The notes: a model not told the origin generated them from the sequence alone. A stretch of 64,000 nt of DNA from Nemertoderma westbladi (GCA_032718475.1 JAUCBJ010004402.1:1-64000); one strand, 5' to 3'; shown: positions 1 through 12,342, numbered from the stretch's first letter. Translations and numbers: made by a program.

Positions 1-378
1 TAAAAGATTCTTCACAAAAAAAACACTGCTGTTCTGCTTTTACTTGTAGGCCTATCGGTAACATGTTTCTGGGTTTATAGATTGCAGTATTTTGCTTAAA
101 AAAAGACTGTCTGTCTAGCGGCAGTTAGTGCAACTCAGCAATGACCATAGGTTACTCCTACCAAATTTCAGATGAATCTGATGGTTGGTTCTATAATTAC
201 AGCTACTTTTACGTTTCAGTCAATTCGCCTCCTAGCGGCAGACAGATGAACTACAGAAGTCTGTATCTCTGTAAAATTTCTGCTAAACTTTTGATAGACT
301 ATATGAGTGTAAAAAGTTTGCAAAAAGTAAAAAGTATTTACGTGGCACGCACCACAACTACTGAACTATCGGTGCACA

Positions 379-1013
379 TGCTTGAGCATGTGGACGACTT
401 CTGTTACCTGGGATCATGGATCCGGAAGTCAGGTGAGGACCTTCGAATACGTAAGGGAAAGGCATGGGCAGCTTTGAATAGGCTTTCCAGGATTTGGAAG
501 TCACCGAGAATTAATCGGAAACTTAAGGTCCGATTATTTAGAGCAGCAGTAGATCCAGTACTCCTCTATGGGAGTCCATGCTGGGCTCTAACTGCTAAGG
601 ACACAAAATCTCTGGATGGCACATTCACAAGAATGCTACGCCGGGTTCATTGTGTCAAGTTCAATGCACACATCTCCAACCAGACACTATATAACATTGG
701 AGGTGTCTCATTGGTTCCCCCAAGCTTGACACTAGAACAAAATCGCCTCCGCTTTGCAGGACATTGCTTTCGCCGTGAGGACCAGCCAGTGCATAATCTT
801 GTACTTTGGCAGCCTCATGGAGTGAATAAGCATGGTGGACAGCGCATGACTTTCTTGAGACGCATCTTAAAGGACACTGGCCTTGAAGATGCGGATGATC
901 TAGCAAATGTCATGGGTGATAGGGAGTTGTGGCGGTGCAATTTTGTTGACAAGCCGGCACAGCATTCTTAAAAATGCAGCTGCAATGCAGCATGCCGATC
1001 CTAGTAGTAGTAG
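379..1013 (+). mobile_element. 5'-truncated RTE-clade non-LTR retrotransposon (3' end of ORF2, short 3' UTR, (TAG)n tail)
   Basis: The translation VDDFCYLGSWI..DLRIRKGKAWAALNRLSRIWKS..KVRLFRAAV.PVLLYGS..LDGTFTRMLR..RLRFAGHCFR is typical of the post-RT region of RTE LINEs. It ends in (TAG)4 and is flanked by a 12-bp TSD, TATCGGTGCACA (367-378 / 1014-1025). Confidence 0.9.
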
Positions 1014-2182
1014 TATCGGTGCACAAAATACTGCAATCAAAATACACATGCAGGTGTGGCTGGTACACTGGTAAAAGCAGTGCCCCATCAGCAGTGTTTA
1101 GAATAATGTAATCTTAATTTAACGACATCTTATAAGCAAATAAATTTATAATGAATGAAATTACCATATTAATTTCAATATTAATTTTCACCTGTCTGCA
1201 TGGATTGTTGTTTTTAGATTATTTTTCATTTTGAGGTCCAGTTCGCCACACGTTCGGTCCATATTCGTGTAGAGTACTATACTACACTGCGTTCGTTCGT
1301 GGTGAAATACTTGGCTTGGGACACTGTGAAATTTGCAAATGTACCTGTACTTTATATTGTAAACAGTTACCTGAATTTCTCACATATCCAGAAACACTTC
1401 CAACTTCAGATTATTAAATCTCCCATTTGTTTTTATTATTGACTGGCCATATTTTGTATTTGTTCACACTTATACGACAATATGGTTTTCATTCCATTTT
1501 CCAGAATTTTGTTATTTACAATTTTATTTAGGCCGCCTACATATTTCCATTCTTCAGCACATTTCAGTAGTATTTCCTGGTCTACCTTTTACCTGAGCCA
1601 CTGGCTGAATGATTAGATAGAGCGGCAGAATTCCAACCCGGAGGTCACCAGTTCGATCCAAGCTGGACGTTATTGCGAAGCTGTGTTCAACGACAGTTAT
1701 AATAATATTAAACCACTCATTCGTCCAAAAATACCAATAATTGTAAAAGTATCGATCGCATTTCTCTATGGGTGTAACTGTGCTGTGCTGCCTAAATTTG
1801 AAACTACAATAGAGTGTAGTAATAATCATAGTGGCCGTGGAGGTTCATCGTTAATATACACTATACGGGCTCTCATTGTAGCGAGTGGCTATAGACGAAC
1901 ATTTCTGCGATTAAAATACTTTAACTTAGCCAACCTTTCGATCGCTAGAGGGCTACATGTCTACACATTAAATGTCCTCCCATTTCATTTCTTTTAATTC
2001 GACCAAGCTCAAACTTAGCAGTTATGTACTTGGCCATCAGCTGTGTCTTTCAACGGACGCTAATCCGCCTGCACTTGTAAAGGCTGCCGCTAGAGGGCGA
2101 AATGTCTCATAGTAAAATTCTTAACTCATTTAGTGATTTCGTTTAAGCTGAAACTTGTGAGATACTGTATCTTTGTGGGACG

Positions 2183-2827
2183 CTCTATGCTTGAGCATGT
2201 CGACGACTTCTGTTACCTGGGATCATGGATCCGGAAGTCAGGTGAGGACCTTCGAATACGTAAGGGAAAGGCATGGGCAGCCTTGAATAGGCTTTCCAGG
2301 ATTTGGAAGTCACCGAGAATTAATCGGAAACTTAAGGTCCGATTATTTAGAGCAGCAGTAGTTCCAGTACTCCTCTACGGGAGTCCATGCTGGGCTCTAA
2401 CTGCTGAGGACACCAAATCTCTGGATGGCACATTCACAAGAATGCTACGCCGGGTTCATTGTGTCAAGTACAATGCACACATCTCCAACCAGACACTATA
2501 TAACATTGGAGGTGTCTCATTGGTTCCCCCAAGCTTGACACTAGAACAAAATCCCCTCCGCTTTGCAGGACATTGCTTTCGCCGTGAGGACCAGCCAGTG
2601 CATAATCTTGTACTTTGGCAGCCTCATGGAGTGAATAAGCATGGTGGACAGCCCATGACTTTCTTGAGACGCATCTTAAAGGACACTGGCCTTAAAGATG
2701 CGGATGATCTAGCAAATGTCATGGGTGATAGGGAGTTGTGGCGGTGCAATTTTGTTGACAAGCCGGCACAGCATTCTTAAAAATGCAGCTGCAATGCAGC
2801 ATGCCGATCCTAGTAGTAGTAGTAGTA
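2183..2827 (+). mobile_element. Second near-identical 5'-truncated RTE-clade LINE copy
   Basis: Differs from 379-1013 by only a handful of substitutions. Has a longer (TAG)n tail and its own 8-bp TSD, GTGGGACG (2175-2182 / 2828-2835). Confidence 0.9.
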
Positions 2828-4114
2828 GTGGGACGGTAAGCCTAATCGATCTGCAGTTCTCTGCTAGAAGCGAATGTAACTGAAGGTGTAGTTCCTGTTC
2901 TTAACTACTGCAGCGTAAGCAGAGTGAATGAATAGTTAGCGAGCTTAGCATATTGTTACCGCTCGTCTGTCGTCGAATGTTTGAAGGACAATATAATTAA
3001 CTACACAGTCAGTGTATGCAATGGTTGGAAATGAAATAGTGATACCATTACAGCCGTGAGCTAAGTATGCAAAATAATCCACTCTGCTGACATTTGGACA
3101 CTACAGAACTAAATAACATAGCTACAGACAACACGGCCCTGGCCTATAGGAAATATAGTTAACCATAACCTACTGTGCTATGGATATCTTTAGTAGGTCA
3201 TGAACATGAGGGTATGGAAACAATATTACAGAATTTTGAATCACATCATTTGAGTGTTGCCATGACATTTTTTTTCAGTCGCTGACCTTAGACTGTTTTA
3301 AATGACTTGCCGTGGATATGCGGAGCCGAAACTTGGCAGAATTACTTTTAGGATTGCGATCTACTGTTTTACTTACAGTACCCATCCCGTCTTTGTGAGG
3401 AAGTTGATAATTCCGCAGTTCTCTAGCCTGCCCCTAGAGCAATCGAGATCAACAAGATTCCACGAAAAGATCTGATGACTGAAGGGGTTTGCTTTATTCT
3501 GTACGTGTCTATGGTGATGGGGTACCCTGTACCTTTACGCACATTGTTGTCACTTATGGGAGATTCAGCAAAAAATGTGTTTTTTGAAATTCGTCAATGA
3601 AATCGATTCAACGAAATCCAACAAAATACTTTAAATATTGTAGTAAAATTATTCCACTCTGTTAAAATGAGCACAAAAAAATAAATAACCAAACACAAAA
3701 ACGTATAAAAAATAAAAACTACATGATGCAAAACCCAAAAGTTACACAAAATGGACCGGATGATTTATATCTGGTATGTAACAGTAGGAGTAGCTACTAA
3801 GTACATATTTAATATATGATAATGTGCTGGTTCTTTCGTGAATTTCCGAAATGCTTATTTTGGAAACTATTTATTAAAACTGAGTGCAACGATATTTGAA
3901 AAGGAGACGCCTACGGCATTAACGTCACTTAAACGACTGGTTTAGAACATATTGAACGATATATTATAAATAACACGACCAGTAAGACGACCTACCTAAT
4001 AGCTAATCAGCAGCATACGTAACAATCGGAGGACCTACAGTCTGTTATTATCGCTTGACTATCACTATTATCACCAATGTAAAATAAAGATTAAGAACTG
4101 TCATTGTTGTCATT

Positions 4115-4145
4115 GGGGAGGGGGAGGGGGGGGGGGGGGGGGGGG
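4115..4145 (+). repeat. Poly-G tract (~30 nt)
   Basis: GGGGAGGGGGAGGG... run about 450 bp downstream of the TMED10 stop. Confidence 0.85.
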
Positions 4146-4597
4146 TCGATCGGTTTGGAACCTATTTAATTCCAACTTTTAATTTAAAAACATTTAAATT
4201 GTTTCGTGACAGGAGAGTCTGGAAATTAAACAATTAAATCCCAAATAATTACTAAAACCCACCCTAACATACAATACATAGTTACGTAGAACCGATGTAG
4301 TAAATTAAGTAAGTAGTCTATAATCCAGCATTACTGAAAGAACTCACGCGCAGTTATTGGGCAAAAAATTATCGACTTTAAAAATAAGTTAGTTTCTTTA
4401 GAAGTCAAGATAGTTTTCGCATTTTCATTACAAACCAACACCCCACTAACAGCAACCGGTTACCACAGCAACACAAATACAAAAATAAGGATCGATGAGG
4501 AAAATGAGGATTTAGAAGGTTTAGGTAGAGTCGGAACATCCGCCGAACGTAACCGGACGACCAGTAGTGGAAGGAAGGACAGACGTACCGGTACCGA

Positions 4598-5224
4598 CTA
4601 TTCGATAAGCTTTTTAGCTTTAAAGTATCGTCGCAGATAGAAAACCTGCCAGGTTGCTAAACTCAGCAGACACACCATACTGAGTACGCTGAAGAGCAGA
4701 ACCCTAGAGTTGGTGGACTCGTTGGTGTCTCGCATCTCCTCCTCGCGAGCCTTCATGTAGGAGAAGTCGCTGACGATGGCCTTGGATAGATCTTCGAGAC
4801 GACGTAACTCAACCTCCAACGGCTTGAGCTTCTCGGCCTTGGCGATGTCCTCGTAGTTACGGGCTTCCACGCCGTGCTTCAGGTCGATACTAGCCTCTCG
4901 CGCCTCCACCCGCATGTTGGTGGGGACACGCGAGTTGAAACAGACGGAGATTGTGTCGTAATCGTCGGTTGTGAATGCGAACTTCCCTTTGCCGGCGTCG
5001 TCCTTCTGGTAAAGGACGTGGCCGACAGAGTCGGTCACTTCTAGGAGGGTCGAGTGCCCCGGCGAGTCGCTAAGTTCGTACTCACCAGTTACTAGGACGT
5101 CCTTGTGGATTTCTTCTTTTAAACATTTCTTTATGTTGGCTGGAAGATGGAATGATATAGCGCCAATGTGTTGAAGACAAGAAATACACCACAACAGAGC
5201 GATGAAAATTACATTTAAATCCAT
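4598..5224 (-). CDS. TMED10: p24-delta family transmembrane emp24 domain protein (TMED10/Tmp21 homologue), single-exon ORF
   Basis: 208 aa: signal peptide, GOLD domain ([28 protein letters not shown]), coiled coil ([16 protein letters not shown]), [14 protein letters not shown] helix, and cytosolic tail [13 protein letters not shown] with a KKxx motif. Confidence 0.95.
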   Translation of the reverse strand: MDLNVIFIALLWCISCLQHIGAISFHLPANIKKCLKEEIHKDVLVTGEYELSDSPGHSTLLEVTDSVGHVLYQKDDAGKGKFAFTTDDYDTISVCFNSRVPTNMRVEAREASIDLKHGVEARNYEDIAKAEKLKPLEVELRRLEDLSKAIVSDFSYMKAREEEMRDTNESTNSRVLLFSVLSMVCLLSLATWQVFYLRRYFKAKKLIE

Positions 5225-6582
5225 TGTCAGATTGTATTACAGTAGGCCAATTATAGTTATAGGCCTAGGCCTATATACTGATATAAGGAATATTAAATTT
5301 ATTTAAGGAGTGTGCAGATTTTGGAATGAAATTGTAGGCCCTATTCATAAATACAGAAATAAGAAACCCAGCTCAAAACGTTCTTATTTCTGTATTTACA
5401 GTACCGGTACTTGCTGACTTGTATTTATAGTATAGTTGTATTTATAGTACCGGTAGTATTTATGTGCTGATGTGTACAATTTCGATGTCTTAAATAAGGT
5501 AAATTTAAAAAATCCCTCTTATTTAGGATAGGAACAGATCGCATTTTGGTGCAATATTAAAACGCTTGTAGAAAAAAATCGGACGGTGAAGGTGAAATGT
5601 TTTTTGGTTTTTTGCATTATGTTCAAGAAAGACCCCACTTTTATATTATGAAATAAAATTATGCGGTAGGCCTATTTTTTCCTGAAACAAGTTATTGCAT
5701 GTTATGACGAAAAAATATCCAAAAAAGGGCCAAAAAACGAAAACCCTAAATAAGAGCCATTTTCCTTAAATAAGAACCCACTTTTGGAGCTTATTTAAGG
5801 GCATGTGCCCAACTGAAAATTGATGATCTCGATCTCCCTGACTCTGCACTCCTGACTGTAGGCCTATATAGCTGATCTACTGATCTAGGCGCCAGGCAGC
5901 CAGGCCTATAGAGTAGAAAGACAGCTGGACCCGGAACCTGCCATTCAGCGCCATATAGCAGCATAGGCAGATAGGCCTACCGGCTACCATCTGCCACTGC
6001 CATCCAGTCAGTGTGTCAGTCCGTCAGTCTCCAACTCCAGTCCGCCAGTGAACCAGTACCGCAGTACGCTACGCAGTACGGTCAGTCAGACGGTATCGGC
6101 TATTGCTGTATTGCAGTATTGGTTGGTACCGTACGGGTACCGGTCTGCCAGTACTGCAAACTGTAGTATACAATACACCTTCAACTTCCTTCAAGCTTCT
6201 GTTCTGAGCTTGGCCTTGGCTGCTTGATCAGAGTCAGGCAGTTAGTCAAGTGATGTGTGCTGAACTGACAAGTGATGTGACGTGTGCTATGCAGCTACTG
6301 TATGCGGTGCATGCAACGTGCATTGTAATGTACGCAAAAGCCAATTGGGGTGTCGTTTCAGCCTTCTCATAGGGTTAATGTTAAATTAATATTGAAAAAT
6401 TAGTGCCGAAAAGTAACAATTTTACTGTAAACTGTGTTCCTAAATTTAGTTTATTGTTTTTGTTAAAAGTCCGTATTCGTATCGTATGAATACTATAGGC
6501 CTACGTATCGTATCGTACAACCCCCTATTAGCAGATTAGTCAGTATGTCGTTAACATCAATTATCATCTCATGAATACGATA

Positions 6583-6834
6583 GGCATTCCAAAGTTGCAT
6601 GTATTTGCTTCCACTGCAGACAATTTATTATATTTAGTAAATACACCATGTTCTAGAACATAATGCCAATGTTTGAATATCCATACTACTGTAGTATTCA
6701 TCTAGGCATTGCATTGTGGCCTATCTAATTATGAGATAAACAAAAATGTTCCATAATATTGTGCATTATTTATTGAATATAATAAATGATGAAATGTCCT
6801 GCAGTGGAAGCAAATAACGCAACTTTCGAATGCC
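6583..6834. mobile_element. ~250-bp MITE with ~45-bp terminal inverted repeats
   Basis: Left GGCATTCCAAAGTTGCATGTATTTGCTTCCACTGCAG matches the reverse complement of the right end, GGCATTCGAAAGTTGCGTTATTTGCTTCCACTGCAG. Confidence 0.75.
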
Positions 6835-7145
6835 CAACTCTGCTATTTCCCAACCAAGTGTAAATATTTTTACAAGTTTGTAATCTATGTACGGCCATCT
6901 TTCAACTACAGTACTGTAGTACCAACAAAATAACTAAGATTGAAGAATAACTGCTGTACGACTTGTGCAATCGATGCCTTTTTAAACACTTGTACTGTAC
7001 GTACAGTTATAGAGTGAAACCAAAAATAAAAATTCTGGCTCACCCACTGAGGAGGGAGATAAAACTAACTCAGTTTCAAATTTCATGCAATCTAAATACA
7101 AGTACAAATGCAAATACAAGTTCCACCTTGGTGTACTGTACACTC

Positions 7146-8170
7146 TTACGGTGATTTTATTGGTAAAATCTGCATCGCTATACGACTTTTAATTTTTGAG
7201 ATACAGCTATTTAAATATTCCACTAATTTAATAAAATTATTAGTTAATATAATAAATATATTTAAATAACTAAATATATATCTAATTCTTAACTATTTTC
7301 TAATTATGCAGAAATGCAGAAATGGATTCAGCGTAATTTTTAGACCTTAGAACATGTCTTAATTATCGATTATAACCAATTGGTTATTGATTATTGACAT
7401 AATAAATATTAACCAATAGGAGATGGTTTAGCGCAAAATTCAAACTCAAATGTTTACCTGCATTTTCTCAAATGTGCTTATTTTATACTAAAAATCTATC
7501 TCCTCCGCCATTTGTTAACGGATTTTCATTCTGTTTTTTGGACATTGTAGGTAAAGATTGTGTCTACAGAATAATGGGGCAGATTTTCAAAATTTTGCTG
7601 CAATAAAAAGTTATGACGTGACAAATGTCATTTTTTCATAAAATTTTGATTTTTTCGAAAAGATAAGATTGATGACGTCATAACTTCTGACTCAGGCAAA
7701 ATTTTGAAAATCTGCCCATTATTTTGTAGACACAATCCTCAGCTACAACCTCCCACAAAAAAATTGAAATCCGTTAAGAAATGGCAGAGGAGATAGATTT
7801 TTAGTAAAAAATAAGCACATTTGAGAAAAATGCAGGTAAACATTTGAGTTTGAATTTTGCGCTAAACCATCTCCTATTGGTTAATATTTATTATGTCAAT
7901 AATCAATAACCAATTGGTTATAATCGATAATTAAGACATGTTCTAAGGTCTAAAAATTACGCTGAATGCATTTCTCCAGTGATAATTAGAAAATAGTTAA
8001 GAATTAGAGATATATTTAGTTATTTAAATATATTATTATTAAATATTATATTAACTAATAATTTTATTAAATTAGTGGAATATTTAAATAGCTGTATCTC
8101 AAAAACTAAAAGTCATATAGTATACAGTAGTACATATAGTTAGCAGATTTTACCATTAAAATCACCGTAA
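7146..8170. mobile_element. ~1-kb foldback (long inverted repeat) non-autonomous element
   Basis: Arms at ~7146-7620 and ~7672-8170 are reverse complements (TTACGGTGATTTTA...TAAAATCACCGTAA; internal ATCGATTATAACCAATTGGTTATTGATTATTGAC is mirrored), with a ~50-bp spacer. Confidence 0.85.
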
Positions 8171-8849
8171 AATTCTGTATTAGATAAAATTAAAAATAAA
8201 AAACGTCTAAATTTTACCGTTGTTTCGGTGCAACTGAAATTTAATTTAAAGGCCAGGACGATTATAGGCCTACATTATATTACATTTTTTTGTATTAGGC
8301 CTGTGATACATAAAAGATAACTATGTTGTATATGGGAGGGGCGTGGGGTTGTAGTCTAATAATATTTATCGCAAGGCATAATTTTGAATAAATTTGGAAT
8401 CTAAAATCGCTCTTTGAAATAATTATAGGCCTATTTTATGAAATCGCATTTCCAACTACAGTATACATCTAAAATCGTTCTTAAATACAAATGTAATTAA
8501 GAAACGATTTAATAATTAAAATTCCGATTTTTAACTTTCGGTATTACATTTATATGAAGAAAGTTGCGGTTTTTTCTGAAGAGAAAGCCCCCAGTTGAAT
8601 AATTAGTATTGGAATCTCCATCATTTTGTCCCATCGAAATAATAACAAGTGTAAATAATAGATGTGTATAATAATACTGTATTCCATATTTCGTTTAATA
8701 TAATATGACTATTGCATTAAGTAATATAATACATTATATACTACAGTGCTACCTTCACCAACCCTACCAATACCCGGTAATTCACCAGCAACCCACCCCG
8801 ATTGTAATTGGCGATCTGAGCTGATTTGAGTTTTGGAGTCACCAGGTCA

Positions 8850-9630
8850 AGTAGCTGACGGCTCTGCGCGCTGTGGCGAGCTGGTACTGTATACGTGTCC
8901 GCATGGGGTGGCCGAACATTATCTCATCTGGGGAGAGACTATTTTCCGTCTGACAGTTTCTGAGTTCCAGAACACCCTCATGCAAAGTTGTAGTGTTGTG
9001 TTGTAAGACCCCCCTGTCTTTGTTAATAAAGTGTTGAGGGCCTTCACGTTCACAGATATGTCTTGGCGTGTCCTTTCCCCTGAGGATACTCCACAAAGGA
9101 GAGTACCGGGGTGACCCCCCCCCCCCCCCCCCCAAGTCCCATAGGAAGTCCACCGTGGTCTTTGTCTTTAAGGGGGTCCGGGTCCCTGCATCCGACCCGA
9201 TGTAGGGATACCGTATCGTATGAACCACTCACGCAACGATGTAATGATTTACAGGGAAGTGGGAGGACCTGCATATGGTAAAGTTCGGGCCAGCCACTGT
9301 AACGCTCCACCATCCATGGCGAGGTAGTGACAGACTGTCTAGCGAGAAAAAGTCCGCAGAGACGACTTCAGAGCTCCGACTGGGAGGGGGCTCCCAGGCT
9401 CCGCTAGGAAGGGTTCTTCCGGCTGGGTAGTCTGATAGTGTAGGCAGGAGGGGAAACTGGCCACAGAAATCTCGAATGTTGTTTGTCAGACCGGGCCAGT
9501 AGAGTAGACGCACTGGCGCTCCCGCCGCGCCGTAAGGATTTGTCTTCACCCTGGTGGGGCACATGTAGTCGCCCCAGGGTATTTTTTCGAGCAGCTGCTG
9601 GAATAATCTTTGTGTATTTCCAAAACATTC
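8850..9630 (-). pseudogene. Degenerate Gypsy-type LTR retrotransposon integrase fragment
   Basis: Frameshifted pieces: IIPAAARKNTLGRLHVPHQG..(R)LLYWPGL (HHCC zinc domain), VVSADFF, VERYSGWP (core), ELRN...LSPDEIMFGHPMRTRI. Contains a poly-C run at 9115-9133. Confidence 0.75.
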
Positions 9631-9930
9631 GTTTTCAAATTTTCGGGAAGTCCAAATATTGGGCGCTCCTTAATTTTTTATCTTAATTCCATGAAGTTAT
9701 TTTATAAAATCTAAATCAAATTACCAAGGAGTGCAGTGGTAACATCGCCACCAGTTGAACATTTGACAATCTTAATACTACAATAATAAATCAAAACAAC
9801 AATACAAACGTTTATGAAAGGCTTTATAATGTAATAATGTAATTGTAATGTAATTGCAATAATGGAAACCGTAACTCAGAACTTCAAAGAATCCAAAATA
9901 CATAATGCCCATCTTACATATAGTCTAAAA

Positions 9931-10494
9931 GATGTTAGGACAATTGCGACCTGGATAATTGCGACCCGGACAATTGCAACCCGGACAATTGCGACCCGGT
10001 CAATTGCGACCCATGATTTTAGAAAAAAGAGATGGGTCTCAATTGACCGGGTCGCAATTGTCCGGGTCGCAATTGTCCGGGTCGCAATTGTCCGGATCCA
10101 GATAAAAAGATGTAATGTATATCATTGATAAAATTGACAGTAAAAAAAACGTTTAAATTAAGTATTAAACTGTTGTAAGTGTAATATTATATTATCTAAA
10201 TTCTAGAACATGAATTTATTACATAAAATTAACATATTATTTATTACTTTAGAAAATTATAGAAAATTAAAAGACTGCAAAAACAAAATGGGTCGCAATT
10301 GTCCTTTACTTTATCCGCTCAATTGCGACCCGGACAATTTCGACCCATAATTTTTATTAAAAAACATGGGTCGCAATTGACCGGGTCGCAATTGACCGGG
10401 TCGCAATTGTCCGGGTCGCAATTGACCGGGTCGCAATTGACCGGGTCGCAATTGTCCGGGTCGTAATTGTCCGGGTCGCAATTGACCGGACTCC
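9931..10494. mobile_element. Mutator(MULE)-like MITE built from inverted arrays of a 15-bp unit (GGWCAATTGCGACCC)
   Basis: Two head-to-head clusters of the 15-mer (9938-10099, 10288-10494), degenerate terminal inverted repeats, and a 9-bp direct repeat AGTCTAAAA on both flanks (9922-9930 / 10495-10503). Confidence 0.7.
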
Positions 10495-10823
10495 AGTCTA
10501 AAAGTGTGTTATTCATAGTTACTGCTTACTGGACTAAACCACAAATACTGCTTGTGTGTTAATATTTTATAGGGAGTTATTTATTTCAATGGTAATTCGC
10601 CTTGTCAGGGTTTACATTTGACTTATTGTATATACTGGAATGTAATCACATACAGAGGATATGGCTTCAATGTACTGTAGACATACTGTACGCTCCATTT
10701 TTTTGTAAAGTTAGTTTGGTCTGAAACTGACAGCCACACCAGGTAACATCTAAGGGCCGACCGGCACTATTTCATATCACTTTATATTGCCAATTACACT
10801 GCTGGACTTACTTGGTTGGGTGA

Positions 10824-11686
10824 ATTCTTAACCCGCGAGTATTCTTAGCCCGCGAGTATTCTTAGCCCGCGAGTATTCTTAGCCCGTCAGTATTTTTAGC
10901 CCGCGAGTATTCTTAGCCCGCGAGTATTCTTAGCCCGCGAGTATTCTTAGCCCGCGAGTATTCTTAGCCCGCGAGTATTCTTAGCCCGCGAGTATTCTTA
11001 GCCCGCGAGTACTCTTAGCCCGCGAGTATTCTTAGCCCGCGAGTATTCTTAGCCCGTCAGTATTTTTAGCCAGCGAGTATTCTTAGCCCGCGAGTATTCT
11101 TAGCCCGCGAGTATTCTTAGCCCGCGAGTATTCTTAGCCCGCGAGTATTCTTAGCCCGCGAGTATTCTTAGCCCGCGAGTATTCTTAGCCCGCGAGTATT
11201 CTTAGCCCGCGAGTATTCTTAGCCCGCGAGTATTCTTAGCCCGCGAGTATTCTTAGCCCGCGAGTATTCTTAGCCCGCGAGTATTCTTAGCCCGCGAGTA
11301 TTCTTAGCCCGCGAGTATTCTTAGCCCGCGAGTATTCTTAGCCCGCGAGTATTCTTAGCCCGCGAGTATTCTTAGCCCGCGAGTATTCTTAGCCCGCGAG
11401 TATTCTTAGCCCGTCAGTATTTTTAGCCCGCGAGTATTCTTAGCCCGCGAGTATTCTTAGCCCGCGAGTATTCTTAGCCCGCGAGTATTCTTAGCCCGCG
11501 AGTATTCTTAGCCCGCGAGTATTCTTAGCCCGCTAGTATTCTTACCCCGCGAGTATTCTTAGCCCGCGAGTATTCTTATCCCGCGAGTATTCTTAGCCCG
11601 CGAGTATTCTTACCCCGCGAGTATTCTTAGCCCGCGAGTATTCTTATCCCGCGAGTATTCTTAGCCCGCGAGTATTCTTAGCCCGC
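10824..11686. repeat. 17-bp minisatellite (ATTCTTAGCCCGCGAGT)n, ~50 copies
   Basis: Directly visible, highly homogeneous tandem array with a few recurrent variants (CCCGTCAGTATTTTT, TTACCCC, TTATCCC). Confidence 0.97.
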
Positions 11687-12031
11687 AAAATTTGTGGTTC
11701 GGAGGCAATCATTCAGCCAATGGCACCATAAATCGGGCATCCTTGTGTAATACCCAACAAAGTAGTTTCCAAAGTGATTGCAAGCGGCAACTAAATTGTC
11801 CGGTTGATCGATGGGAGGATTTAAACAAGATGATTGTTGAAGTGTGGAATAGTTCCTAACGGAAGCATACTGGAACCAATAAACAAACGGATATATTCCA
11901 AGAATCGACCATTGCCACGCAGGAGACGAGAGTAGATGTCCATGTCCTGTTAACCATTCCCTGATGGCGCGCTAGTGCAGTTCGATGCACACGAATAGCA
12001 GACAGACTATTCATAAGCAATTACTGCTGTA

Positions 12032-12342
12032 CAGTACTATAATCGGCCTGCTGCATTGAAACTGCACATTGCGATGCTATGCTGGCTTGGCAAAAGTATT
12101 TTGCCACAACCATGCAATCCACAATTGGCAAGCCAAATGCAGCGTACATTAAGAATTCTATGCCGGCTTATCAACAAAGTTGCACCGCCACAATTCCCTA
12201 TCCCCCATGACTTTCGCGAGATTAGCTGCATCTTCAAGGCCAGTGTCCTTTAGGAGGCGTCTTAAGAAAGTCATGGGCTGTCCATCATGCTTATTTTCTC
12301 TATGGGGCTGCCAAAGCACAATATTGTGCGCAGTGTGGTCCT
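12032..12342 (-). mobile_element. Older diverged 3' fragment of the same RTE family
   Basis: Its reverse complement aligns to the end of copies 1 and 2 (AAAGGACACTGGCCTTGAAGATGC, TTGTGGCGGTGCAA, CAATGCAGCAGGCCGAT), but the 3' UTR is roughly 90 bp longer. Confidence 0.8.

Noticed and set aside
141-378. N-terminal extensions of ORFs 141-971 and 2133-2780 as real proteins
   Set aside because: The sequence upstream of each TSD is unrelated flank that happens to be in frame; homology starts at MLEHVDDF.
5348-5398. 18-bp inverted repeat upstream of TMED10 as a terminator or regulatory hairpin
   Set aside because: The dyad is real, but in a eukaryote it is more likely a remnant of an old MITE with CTTATTT subrepeats; its boundaries could not be defined.
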